A stretch of DNA of 64,000 nt, from assembly GCA_963794525.1 (NCBI GenBank), contig CAWCEC010000002.1:25364-89363 (forward strand), given 5' to 3'. The DNA is from an uncultured Chloroflexia bacterium. GTDB taxonomy: Bacteria > Chloroflexota > Limnocylindria > Limnocylindrales > CSP1-4. This document shows positions 28,593 through 38,514 of the stretch, one piece after another. The position numbers and the translations under genes were made by a program. Position 1 is the first letter of the stretch. Each line of letters starts with the position of its first letter. The notes beneath the pieces are model-generated. The model was not told the DNA's origin, did no database searches, and worked only from the letters and a program-made list of their open reading frames with translations.

Positions 28593-29189
28593 CCTCAGAC
28601 CTTCCAGGCGATGGGTGCGCGCGGGTCCGGTGTGTACGAGCAGAAGGTGCCGGTCCGGATCGTGGCGTCTAGATGATCTGCGAGGGCGACGTTCTGCTCT
28701 CGGATGCGTGCCAATGCGGAGCGGATCGCGCGCGTCACGCTCACGCGGGCACGCTCGGCGGCCGACGCCGCTACCCGATCGCGGCCGCCTAGGCCGACTG
28801 CCGCTGCGAGCTCGTCGGTGAGCGCCTGTCGCTCGTCCTCGAGCCGCCTGACGCGCTCCGGATCGTTCCAGCGCTCGGCCTCGGCGAGTTCCTCGCGGAT
28901 CTCGGTCAAGCGCGCGCGGTAGGCGGCCTTGGCCTCCGGGTCGAGGATCGCGCCGGCGTCGCCGAGGCCATCGATGGGCTCGAGTTCGCCACGGGCGACC
29001 GCTCGCGGCGTGCCGCCATCGGTCGATGCCAACTCGAGGGCATGCAACTCGCGGCCTGGCACGGCCAACAGTCGAGCGAGGTGTCGCATCCCTTTCGAAT
29101 CCCTGACGCGCAGGGTTTCCCCACCGAATCCGACGGTCCAGTACTCACCTTCGCGGTGGAACACGGCGGGCATCGAAATGGCGGCTTCG
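28593..29189. repeat. 597-bp tract identical to 31987-32583 (3' ends of the two STAND genes)
   Basis: Compared base by base (offset 3394). First mismatches at 28592 and 29190. Confidence 0.93.
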
Positions 29190-31973
29190 GAGACAGGGTC
29201 CGTCGTCGCCCCGAGCTCGCCGATCTGGTCGGCCAGGATCATCCCCAGGGAAACTGCGGTCGATCGTGCCTTCGCGTCGAGAGCGTCCGCCTTGCCCCGG
29301 TCGCCGCGAGCGTCGCGCCGACGCAAGACGATGGCGAGATCGTGCTGGCTGTGGGCAGTCCATGGCCGCGCACCCATCGCGTCGTTCGCCGCGATCGCCG
29401 CCTCGAGGTGACCGACGGCCGCATCGAGGTCGCCGCGAGTTGCAGCGAGCAGCCCGAGATAGCGGTCGGTCGCGCCGACGCTGCCCTCCGCATGCCCGAT
29501 CGCGTGTCGACCCACATACGGCGCAAGCTGTTCGTAGAGAATCACAGCCGCATCGGCATCGCCGAGTAGCGCGCAGGCGTCGCTCGCCAAGCTCATCCCA
29601 AGCAACCATTCGTTGTCCTGATACAGAGCGCTGAAATCGGTCGACCGCGAGATCGTCGAATACGACCCGAGCTTCGTCGGTTCGGCCGAGGTCGGCAAGC
29701 AGGCACGCGAGCGCTGCGCGATGGAGGGGATACCACGGGAAATCCTCGACGGATTCTCGTACGGTGGCTTCTTCCTCCTCGATGCGACCCTGCTCGCGGC
29801 GAAGCAGGAACCGATGAAATCGAGCGGTCGAGACGTCGTCGCGAGCAGGGGTCCAGCGGGATTCGGACTCCACCTCTCGGTCGAGATAGGCCTCGGCCTC
29901 GGCGTAATCACCGGCTAGGAGAGCGAGCACGACCGCGCTCTCATGCACGAGCCACAGTTCGGCAGGCTGACGCAATTCTTCGATCACCCGACCGAGCGCC
30001 TCGATCTCGCGCCGCGCTTCGGCGGTGCGACCGTGTTCGGTCAAGGTCACGAATTTCATGAAGTGGCTGTCCGCGAGCCAGGTACCTTCCGCGAGCGCCA
30101 TCCCGACCGCCTGCGCATCTGCGGCGATCGATGCGCGCTCGTCGGGGTTGTCCGGCCAGAACGTCGCCCAGAAGCGGCCGACGAGCGCATCGATGAGGCT
30201 GGCTGGGTCGTCCAGCCCACGGGCGATCTCGACGGCTCGGCGGCTGAGCGTTTCGCTGTCGCTGCGACGATCCGGTGCGCCCCGCCACGCGCATGCCAGA
30301 CGCGTCAGCAGTCGGACTCGTAGACGCTCGTCGGAGCCACCGAGCATGACCAGCGCGTCCTGAAGCATGGAGATGAGCCGAGTGTCCTTGCCTGCGCGCG
30401 TCCACTGTTGACCGCCACCCCACCCGAGGGCCGCCCGTGCCAGCTGACTCCCGTTGCCCGTCTTCTTCGCCATCGACGCCGCGTCGAGGAACATGGCTCG
30501 AGCCGTATCGAGGTCGCCAGCCTTTGCTTGGACGTCGCCGCGGGAGAGCAGGACCTCGACTCGGACATCGTCATGACCGTGACCTGTCCGGCCCATGACG
30601 GCAAGGCTCATCGCATAGTGGCGCGCGGCTTCTTCGTAGGCCAGTGAGCGGGCCGCCTGGTCGCCCGCTCGCCGGGCGTACTCGATGGCCTTGTCTGCCA
30701 CATCGCCATCGATGCCTGACTCGGCCGGGGCACCCCAGCCTTGCTCCGATGCTTGCACGAAATGGAATGCCAACTCCGCCAGGAGCGGGGCGTCCGATTC
30801 GATATTGCGCGCCTCTAAGACGTCGGCGATCCGTCGGTGCACAGCGGCACGGCGCTGCCCAGACAGCTCGTCGTACAACGTCTCGCGGACGAGATCGTGG
30901 GAGAACCGGTACCGGCCCGGTACGCCAGGCATCGCTTGAAGCAGGCCCGCCTGCACGGCCTCGCTGACGAGGTCTACCCCACGATCTCGGGGCTCATCCG
31001 CGACGGCCCGGAGGACGTCGAGACCGAATTCGGGCCCGATCACGGCTGCCAGCGTGAGCGCCCTCGTCGTGGCGTCGCTTAGGTGGCCGATCCGACGTCC
31101 GATGACGGCGCGAATCCCAGCAGGCACGGCGACGTGTAGCGATTGCGCGTCCTCCACATCGGTGAGCTGCCCGTCGGCCGACAGCAGCCGCACGGCCTCC
31201 CCCACGAACAACGGGTTGCCATTCGTCGCCCGCCAGACGGCCGCGACCAACGGATCGTGCGTCGAGAGGTTCGCCGCGCCGCCGATGTATTCGGCAACCG
31301 CCGCGACGGGCAGGCCGGTCAGCGTCAGCAGCCGGGCGCCTGGGATGCGCGCGACCTCGGCGATGGCCGAGGTCAGCGGGTGCTCGGGTGTCAGCTCGAC
31401 GTCGCGATACGTCCCGAGGACCATGACCGCCATGTCGACGAGTTGACTGGCGAGAAACTGAAGCAACAGGATCGACGGCGCATCCGCTGCCTGCAGGTCG
31501 TCGATGACGAGGAGTGTCGGACGTTCAAGAGCAGCATTGCGGAGGAGCAACGCAGTCGAGTCGAACAGGCGGAACCTGGCCGAATCGGATATCGAGTCCG
31601 GCGGCGGCGGAAGGTCCGCGAAGCGCTCCCGGAGCTCGGGCAACATCTGCGCGACGTCGGTCGCGCCGGAACCGAGTTGCCGGCGCACCTGGTCGGTGGG
31701 CGTGGCGCGGAGATAGGCCCGCAGCACCTGGACCCAAGGCCAGTACGGCGGTGCTCCGGCGTCCTCCCATCCTCGGCCCCAGAGCACCAGAAAGCCCCGC
31801 TCCCTCGCCCGATCCGAAAGCTCATCGGCCAGGCGGCTCTTGCCGATGCCGGGCTCGCCGCCGACCAGAACCAGGCGGCCGCGACCGCGAGCGGACTCGT
31901 CGAGCAGGTCCGTCAGGTCGCTGAGCTCGCGATCGCGACCGACGAACCGAGTCCCGACCTGCTCCACGGTCAT
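28595..31973 (-). pseudogene. STAND-type P-loop NTPase (AAA_16-like) + TPR-like repeats + unassigned C-terminal module; single frame break in an A3/T3 run at 29634-29636
   Basis: ORF 29145..31973 (FVGRDRELSDL..., Walker A GEPGIGKS, LLVIDDLQ) continues in ORF 28595..29911 after ...DDLAVDRF|SALYQDNEWLLG. Copy 2 reads through the homologous point. Removing one T restores the frame. Confidence 0.8.
31174..31490. repeat. 317-bp tract identical to 34559-34875 (inside the NTPase domain of both STAND genes)
   Basis: Compared by eye line by line (offset 3385). Flanks carry scattered substitutions. Confidence 0.9.
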
Positions 31974-31986
31974 CTGCGGTCCCCTC

Positions 31987-32583
31987 CCTCAGACCTTCCA
32001 GGCGATGGGTGCGCGCGGGTCCGGTGTGTACGAGCAGAAGGTGCCGGTCCGGATCGTGGCGTCTAGATGATCTGCGAGGGCGACGTTCTGCTCTCGGATG
32101 CGTGCCAATGCGGAGCGGATCGCGCGCGTCACGCTCACGCGGGCACGCTCGGCGGCCGACGCCGCTACCCGATCGCGGCCGCCTAGGCCGACTGCCGCTG
32201 CGAGCTCGTCGGTGAGCGCCTGTCGCTCGTCCTCGAGCCGCCTGACGCGCTCCGGATCGTTCCAGCGCTCGGCCTCGGCGAGTTCCTCGCGGATCTCGGT
32301 CAAGCGCGCGCGGTAGGCGGCCTTGGCCTCCGGGTCGAGGATCGCGCCGGCGTCGCCGAGGCCATCGATGGGCTCGAGTTCGCCACGGGCGACCGCTCGC
32401 GGCGTGCCGCCATCGGTCGATGCCAACTCGAGGGCATGCAACTCGCGGCCTGGCACGGCCAACAGTCGAGCGAGGTGTCGCATCCCTTTCGAATCCCTGA
32501 CGCGCAGGGTTTCCCCACCGAATCCGACGGTCCAGTACTCACCTTCGCGGTGGAACACGGCGGGCATCGAAATGGCGGCTTCG
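31987..32583. repeat. 597-bp tract identical to 28593-29189
   Basis: See partner entry. Confidence 0.93.
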
Positions 32584-35359
32584 AGACGGGGCTGCGGTGT
32601 CTGGCTGATCGATCTGATCGGCGAGGGCCATGCCGAGTGTGGCCGCGACGGAACGGGCATTCGCGTCCAGCCGTCCGCATTGGCCCGGTCACCACCGAGG
32701 TCGCGGCGGCGCAGGACGACGGCCAAGTCATGCTGACAATGGGCCGACCAAGGCCGCGCACCCATCGCGTCGTTCGCCGCGATCGCCGCCTCGAGGTGCT
32801 CGACGGCTACGTCCAATTCGCCGCGCGTTGCGGCGAGCAGCCCGAGGTAGCGGTCGGTCGGCGCCGACGCTGCCTTCCGCGTGTCCTACCGTGTTCCTTC
32901 CGGCGAAAGGCGCGAGCTGCTCGTAGAGCACCGCCGCAGCGTCCGCATCGCCGAGTAGCGCGCACGCGTCGCTCGCGAGGCCCATCCCGAGCAACCATTC
33001 GTTGTCGCCATACAGGCTGCTGAAACGATCGGCAGCAAGGTCGTCGAACACCACGCGGGCTTCATCGGCCCGGCCGAGGTCGGACAGGAGGCATGCGAGG
33101 GCCGCGCGATACAGCGGGTACCACGGGAATTCTTCTATGGACGCGCGGATGGTCGTCTCTTCCTCTGCGAGCCGGCCCTGCTCGCGGCGGAACAGGAACC
33201 AATTCGTGCGGCTTGCCGCCACATCGTCGCGACCGGGCGTCACCAGGGTCCCTGACTCGATCCTGAGGCCGATGAGTGCTTCGGCCTCCGCGTAATCGCC
33301 GGTGAGCAGGGCGAGGCCCTCGCGATTGTTCTTAACGAGCCAGTTTTCGGCAGGTTGGCGCAACGTCTCGTTGACGCGGCCCAGCAGCTCGATCTCGCGC
33401 CGTGCCTCGGCGATGTCGCCCCGTTCCGACGACGAGATATATGCGATGAACAAAGCGTCGGCCAGCAACTCGTCGTCGGCGAGTGCCTCCCCGATCCGCC
33501 GCGCCTCGGTTGCGATCGATTGCCGGTCGGCCGGGTTCTCCGGCCAGAACGTCGCCCAGAAGCGGCCGACCAGCGCCTCCATGAGGCTAGCCGGGTCGTC
33601 GAGCCCGCGGGCGATGTCGACCGCCTGCCGACTAAGCGTGTCGCTGTCGCCCCGCCGCTCCGGTGAGCTGCGCCAAGCACACGCGAGCCGGGTCAGGAGC
33701 CGGGCCCGGAGGCGTTGATCGCCTTCGCCAAGGACGACCAGAGCGTCCTGGAGCATCGGGATGAGACGCGTGTCGCTGCCTGCTCGCGCCCACTGCTGGC
33801 GACCGCCGATCCCGAGCGCAGCCCGAGCCAGTTGGCTCCCGACACCCGTCCGTTTCGCGATAGTGGCGGCGTCCAGGAACGCCCCTCGAGCGGCGGTGAG
33901 GTCTCCGGCCTTCGATTGGACATCGCCATACGCGAGCAGGACCTCGGTCCGGAGGTCGTCGTCCGTGAAATCGGTCCTGTTCATGACCGCAAGGCTCATG
34001 CCATACAGGCGCGCGGCCTCCTCGTAGGCCAGCGAATGCGCCGCCACGTCGCCGGCTCGCCGTGCATAGTCGATCGCCTTCCGAGCAATATCACCAAGGC
34101 CGGGCTCGCCTCCCGCATCGGCGCCTTGCTGGGCAGCCTGGCCGAAGTGGAACGCCAGCTCGGCCAGATGCGGCGACGCCGAATGGGAGTGACCCTCCTC
34201 GAGAACGCCTGCGATCCGTCCGTGGATCGCGGCGCGGCGATCGGGCCCCAGCTCGTCGTACAGGGTCTCGCGAACGAGGTCGTGCGAGAACCGGAATCGT
34301 TTGGACGACCCGGTGATCGGTTGCAGCAGGCCAGCCTGCACGGCCTCGTCGAGGTGATCGAGCGCTCGATCACCGTCCTGATCGAGCACCCGACGCAAGG
34401 TGTCGACGCCAAACTCGGGCCCGATCACCGCCCCGACCGAGAGGGCGGCCGTAGTGGAGATGCCCAGGTGACCGACCCGGCGCGCGATGACGGCGCGCAC
34501 ACCGGCGGGCACGGCGACCCTGAAGGAGGACAGGTCCGCCACGTCGCCGAGTCGACCCTCGGCCGACAGCAGCCGCACGGCCTCCCCCACGAACAACGGG
34601 TTGCCATTCGTCGCCCGCCAGACGGCCGCGACCAACGGATCGTGCGTCGAGAGGTTCGCCGCGCCGCCGATGTATTCGGCAACCGCCGCGACGGGCAGGC
34701 CGGTCAGCGTCAGCAGCCGGGCGCCTGGGATGCGCGCGACCTCGGCGATGGCCGAGGTCAGCGGGTGCTCGGGTGTCAGCTCGACGTCGCGATACGTCCC
34801 GAGGACCATGACCGCCATGTCGACGAGTTGACTGGCGAGAAACTGAAGCAACAGGATCGACGGCGCATCCGCTGCTTGCATGTCGTCGATGACGATGAGT
34901 GTCGGACGGTCAACAGCGGCATCGCGGAGGAGCAACGCCGTCGAGTCGAACAGGCGGAACCGGGCTGAATCGGATATCGAGTCGGGCGGCGGCGGCAGGT
35001 CCGGAAAAAGGTCGCGTAGCTCGGGCAACATCTGCGCGACATCGGTGGCTCCGGAGCCGAGATGGCGGCGGACTTCGGTCGGGCGGCGTGGCGCGGAGAT
35101 ATGCGCGCAGCGCCTGGACCCAAGGCCAGTACGGCGGCGCCCCGGCGTCCTCCCAGCCTCGGCCCCAGAGCACCAGAAAGCCCCGATCCCTGGCCCGATC
35201 CGAAAGCTCATCGGCCAGGCGGCTCTTGCCGATACCGGGCTCGCCGCCGACCAGAACCAGTCGGCCGCGACCGCGAGCAGTTTCGTCAAGCAGGTCGGCC
35301 AGGTCGCTGATCTCGGAATCGCGACCAACGAACCGAGTCCCGACCTGCTCCGCAGTCAT
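31989..35359 (-). pseudogene. STAND-type P-loop NTPase paralog (copy 2), several frame breaks (35081-35083, 32860-32861, and a compensated pair near 32590/32670)
   Basis: ORFs 34910..35359, 32728..35328 and 31989..32816 are colinear with copy 1 over the whole length. A 28-codon linker stretch is read in a different frame from copy 1. Confidence 0.78.
34559..34875. repeat. 317-bp tract identical to 31174-31490
   Basis: See partner entry. Confidence 0.9.
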
Positions 35360-35523
35360 CCGCTGGCCCTCCCTGATGAGAGCATACGGTCTCCGCTATC
35401 GCGGCCAGCCCGTCCGTCACGGCCTATCCCAAGTTGTTCCATCGGACCGTACGGTCGTGCCGTCGTTTCTCACGCCTTCAGGTCACAAGCACCAGCAAGG
35501 TGCGGTCACCGGAGGTATGGAAG

Positions 35524-35894
35524 ATGAGCGTCGCGAAATCAGACAAGCAAACAGACCACGTTGTGGCATGGACGTGCGGCCTGGCCCGCGATCGCAGCGG
35601 GCGCGCTCGTGCTGATCCTGGTCACGGCACTGATCACGTCGATCGCCCTCGGGAGGCCTGGCGCCCCGGATCGGTACCACCGCGCCGGCTGCTGTTGGCG
35701 ACCCGACGAATGCGGGCCTCGTCGAGTTCCGGCGGGGCGAGCACGGCCTCGAGTCCGTCATGTTCGCCGCCCCGAACACGTCACTCGAGGAGTTCCGCCG
35801 CGGTGAGCAAGGCGGTTCGGCCGGCGCCGTGACCTTCGACGCCAACCCGGACCCCGCGCTGGTGGAGTTCCGCCGAGGTGAGCGCGGCTCGTAG
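35524..35894 (+). pseudogene. small membrane-anchored protein with three (L/E)EFRRGE repeats, read across three frames
   Basis: GGAGG 8 nt before ATG 35524 (MSVAKSDKQTDHVV). TM WPAIAAGALVLILVTALITSIAL in frame 2. The tail NAGLVEFRRGEHG...SLEEFRRGEQG...ALVEFRRGERGS* is in frame 3 (stop 35892-35894). Confidence 0.45.
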
Positions 35895-35956
35895 ATCGAC
35901 CTGGATCGACAAGAGCGCCCGCGTCACGCGGGGTGACGCGGGCGCCTTCACGTGGT

Positions 35957-36406
35957 CTAGAGACTCCGACCCTCGCCGAACCGACCCCGGTGCTCGACCG
36001 GGATCAACGGCTTGTCGCCACGGACCTTGAGCTCCTGGACGGCCCACGTGTTGCCATCCGGATCGCTGAAGCCGAAGAAGGTGCCGCCGTCATCGGGCGA
36101 GAACTGCATGATCTCGCTGGCTTCGACGCCGCGGTCGACCAGCTCCTGCCGAGCGGCTTTCGCGTCCGGTACGACGAGCTGGAGGCCACGCATCGAACCC
36201 GGCGTCATCTCTCGCTGCGGCGGCAGGTCGCCGAATACGATCGAGCAGCCCGAGCCCCGCGGGGTCAACTGGACGACGTGCATCTGGTCTGTCTTCGTGT
36301 CGTGGTCGAGGTCGAAGCCGACCTGGTCACGGTAGAACTTGACCGCACGGTCGATGTCGCTGACCGGGAGGATCACGACTTCCAGGGTCCAATCCATTGC
36401 GGGCAC
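35957..36406 (-). CDS. VOC-family (glyoxalase/bleomycin-resistance fold) protein
   Basis: ORF 35957..36406. LPVSDIDRAVKFYRDQVGF...FSDPDGNTWAVQE. Confidence 0.85.
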   Translation of the reverse strand: MPAMDWTLEVVILPVSDIDRAVKFYRDQVGFDLDHDTKTDQMHVVQLTPRGSGCSIVFGDLPPQREMTPGSMRGLQLVVPDAKAARQELVDRGVEASEIMQFSPDDGGTFFGFSDPDGNTWAVQELKVRGDKPLIPVEHRGRFGEGRSL

Positions 36407-36466
36407 TCCTAGGTCCGGCGCGTTGGCGGTGGGCCCGAAGCGTACCGCCGTTTGCGGGAGATGCCG

Positions 36467-36907
36467 TCAGCCTGCCGGCCGGTCCAGGGTCACCTCGATC
36501 ATCGGCGAGTAGGCGGTCATCGCATCCACATCCATGCGCGGCCACGCATGGTCGACGATCCACTGGGCCGTCGCCGCCCGCTCGACTGCGTCGCTGATGA
36601 CGCGGGCGGTCGCCGGCAGATCCGCGGCCACCAGTCCTTTGAGATGGACGGTCATCCGGGGGTCCGCCTCGAGATTATGGATCCACGCCCGCGTGCGCCG
36701 GCTGGGCATGCCGCTGATGACGATGTGCCCATCGACGTTGTGGAAGACGATCTCGATGCGGCGTGGACGGCCGCTCCGGCGGCCGATAGTGGTGATGTCG
36801 ATGAGGCCGCCACGTGCCAGCAGTCGCTCGATCGCTTGGGTCTTCGGATCTTGGTCGATGGACGGATCTGACGTCGGCGGTTGGTTGCATGTGCAACAAC
36901 ATACCAC
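36467..36907 (-). CDS. deazaflavin (F420)-dependent nitroreductase/quinone-reductase family (DDN-like) protein
   Basis: C-terminal 125 aa of ORF 36467..37150 (LLARGGLIDITTIGRRSGRPRRIEIVFHNVDGHIVISG...) fit the split-barrel family. The long ORF overlaps the divergent DUF1918 gene, so I trimmed it to in-frame GTG 36907. Start uncertain. Confidence 0.55.
   Translation of the reverse strand: MVCCCTCNQPPTSDPSIDQDPKTQAIERLLARGGLIDITTIGRRSGRPRRIEIVFHNVDGHIVISGMPSRRTRAWIHNLEADPRMTVHLKGLVAADLPATARVISDAVERAATAQWIVDHAWPRMDVDAMTAYSPMIEVTLDRPAG
36884..36897. promoter_or_regulatory. palindromic operator candidate GTTGCA-TG-TGCAAC
   Basis: Perfect 6-bp arms in the region between the divergent genes 36467-36907 (-) and 37016-37219 (+). 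The locally AT-richer flanks extend it imperfectly (TTGGTTGCATGTGCAACAA). Confidence 0.4.
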
Positions 36908-37015
36908 GTCGCTTGCGGATTGCAAGTAACGAATGGCGGTGTCGCGTTGGCGCCCGAAGTCGGACAATAGGACCTCGACCAGACGACAGACCAGTGCAGA
37001 ACGGAGGAGCAGCGC

Positions 37016-37219
37016 ATGACGGCCAATGTCGGCGATCGCATCGTCATCGAGTCGAACAAAGTGGGGATCGCGGCCCGACGCGGCGAGATCGTCGAGGTCA
37101 TCGCGCACGAGGTCCGACCCGAATACCGCGTCCGCTGGGACGACGGCCACGAGTCGGGCATCCGACCGTATGCCGGGACGTTCAGCATCGAGGCCGCGGC
37201 CCGCAAGTCACGGCGCTAG
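37016..37219 (+). CDS. DUF1918-domain small protein
   Basis: ORF 37016..37219. GDRIVIESNKVGIAARRGEIVEV...YRVRWDDGHES is the SH3-like DUF1918 pattern. Confidence 0.8.
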   Translation: MTANVGDRIVIESNKVGIAARRGEIVEVIAHEVRPEYRVRWDDGHESGIRPYAGTFSIEAAARKSRR

Positions 37220-37222
37220 GCC

Positions 37223-37561
37223 GTGGAGACCGTCACGGTCGTCCTCAACGTCCGCGAAGACCAGGTGGATGCGTTCGAGCGCGGCTTTCGCGAACACGAG
37301 CTGCCGGTCTGGAACGACCTCAAGGATCGCGGGCTGCTGATCGCGGCGACGCTCAATCGGCTCGACATCTCGTCGCGGCCGGTCAATGGCGCGGTCCAGT
37401 ACCTGGTGGCGGTGATCTTCGCGTCAGGCGAGGGACACCATGTCCACGACTCGCACCCGGGCTTCGCGGCATGGAACGAGATCGCCGACGCCTACCAGAC
37501 CGGCGACCCGATGGCGTTCGGCGGTGAGACCGTCGTGCAGCTGGGCGTGCCGGACGCCTAG
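37223..37561 (+). CDS. hypothetical protein (possibly a dimeric alpha/beta-barrel fold)
   Basis: ORF 37223..37561 (GTG start), 4 nt after the DUF1918 stop. No motif I can name. Confidence 0.5.
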   Translation: METVTVVLNVREDQVDAFERGFREHELPVWNDLKDRGLLIAATLNRLDISSRPVNGAVQYLVAVIFASGEGHHVHDSHPGFAAWNEIADAYQTGDPMAFGGETVVQLGVPDA

Positions 37562-37992
37562 GTCCCGGGCTTCGATGTCCAGGTCGGATCGGGGCCGGCC
37601 AGCCATTCGGTATCGAAGCGGCCGGCGCCGTGGATCGCGGTCAATCGCAGCTCGCCGGTGCCGGTGTTGGTGAACCCGTGGGCTTCGCCCGGCGGGCTGA
37701 CGACGACATGGCCGCCCTCGACCACCACCGTGTCGTCCCCGATGCGGAACGTGGCCTGACCCGACTCGACGATGAAGACCTCGCTGTACGGATGTCGGTG
37801 GAGCTTCGGCCCGACACCCGGCCGCGAGTGGACGAGGATCACGCAGAACGGGACGTCGCCGTGGTCCGCCCCGACGAACTCGTGCGAGTGCTCGCTGTGT
37901 TCGAGCTCGTCGAACGGGACGATGTGACCCCTCGCGCTGCATCGGTCACCGCCAGCTCGACCAGCGCCCACCCGAGAGGATGTCGGGTGCAC
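37558..37992 (-). CDS. cupin-domain protein
   Basis: ORF 37558..37992. GPKLHRHPYSEVFIVESGQATF...VVVSPPGEAHGF cupin motifs. An alternative start ATG 37942 (MQRE) joins the frame if one C of CCCC 37928-37931 is removed. Confidence 0.75.
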   Translation of the reverse strand: MHPTSSRVGAGRAGGDRCSARGHIVPFDELEHSEHSHEFVGADHGDVPFCVILVHSRPGVGPKLHRHPYSEVFIVESGQATFRIGDDTVVVEGGHVVVSPPGEAHGFTNTGTGELRLTAIHGAGRFDTEWLAGPDPTWTSKPGT

Positions 37993-38027
37993 CCGCAGGC
38001 ATGAAGCGCGGCGCGCTCGTCGTCGCG

Positions 38028-38498
38028 TCAGTCGCTCGGTGCACGTCGGGCATCCGCCGACCGGCGAAGCGTCTGGGCGGAGTATCTCGGATCCTCGGAT
38101 ACCGCGAGCGCTCGCCTGCGCGGCGCTGACGACAGGATCAACATCGAGGCGTCCTCACCTGATTCGTTCCGGAAGCCGTGGATGCCCCCCTCCGGGACGA
38201 ATAGGAAATCGCCGGGCTTGGCGTCGACCCAGGTCTTGCCGTCATACAGCTTGATCGCGCCGGAGATCACGAAGAACGATTCCGAGATCGACCGGTGAAA
38301 GTGCGGGTCGGGACCGCTGACGGCGGGCGACATGTTCCAGCGGTACAGGCCGAACTGGCCGTTGGTGGAGTCACCCGTCGCCAGGTACTCGGCCGTGCCG
38401 CCGTTCTTGTAGCGGACGTCGGGCTCGCTGCCCGCGCGGCGCAGCCGCGCGTTGACGAGCCCGGGCTCGCCGTCGTACTTGGGTGGCGGGTAGCTCAT
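38028..38498 (-). CDS. cupin-domain protein
   Basis: ORF 38028..38693 trimmed to ATG 38498 (MSYPPPKYDG...). PHFHRSISESFFVISG...FLFVPEGGIHGFRN. The C-terminal ~35 aa look atypical (possible further frame error). Confidence 0.72.
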   Translation of the reverse strand: MSYPPPKYDGEPGLVNARLRRAGSEPDVRYKNGGTAEYLATGDSTNGQFGLYRWNMSPAVSGPDPHFHRSISESFFVISGAIKLYDGKTWVDAKPGDFLFVPEGGIHGFRNESGEDASMLILSSAPRRRALAVSEDPRYSAQTLRRSADARRAPSD

Positions 38499-38514
38499 CC
38501 GACGAGTCTGTCGA

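Noticed and set aside
28593-29189. The 597-bp and 317-bp perfect duplicates as copies of an insertion sequence or MITE.
   Set aside because: They are in-frame internal or 3' coding segments of two colinear paralogous genes. They have no terminal inverted repeats, target-site duplications or transposase.
28595-29911. ORF 28595..29911 (and 31989..32816) as independent genes downstream of the STAND NTPases.
   Set aside because: Their N-terminal parts are out-of-frame readthrough. The meaningful sequence begins exactly where the upstream ORF loses homology to the other copy. One homopolymer base accounts for the split.
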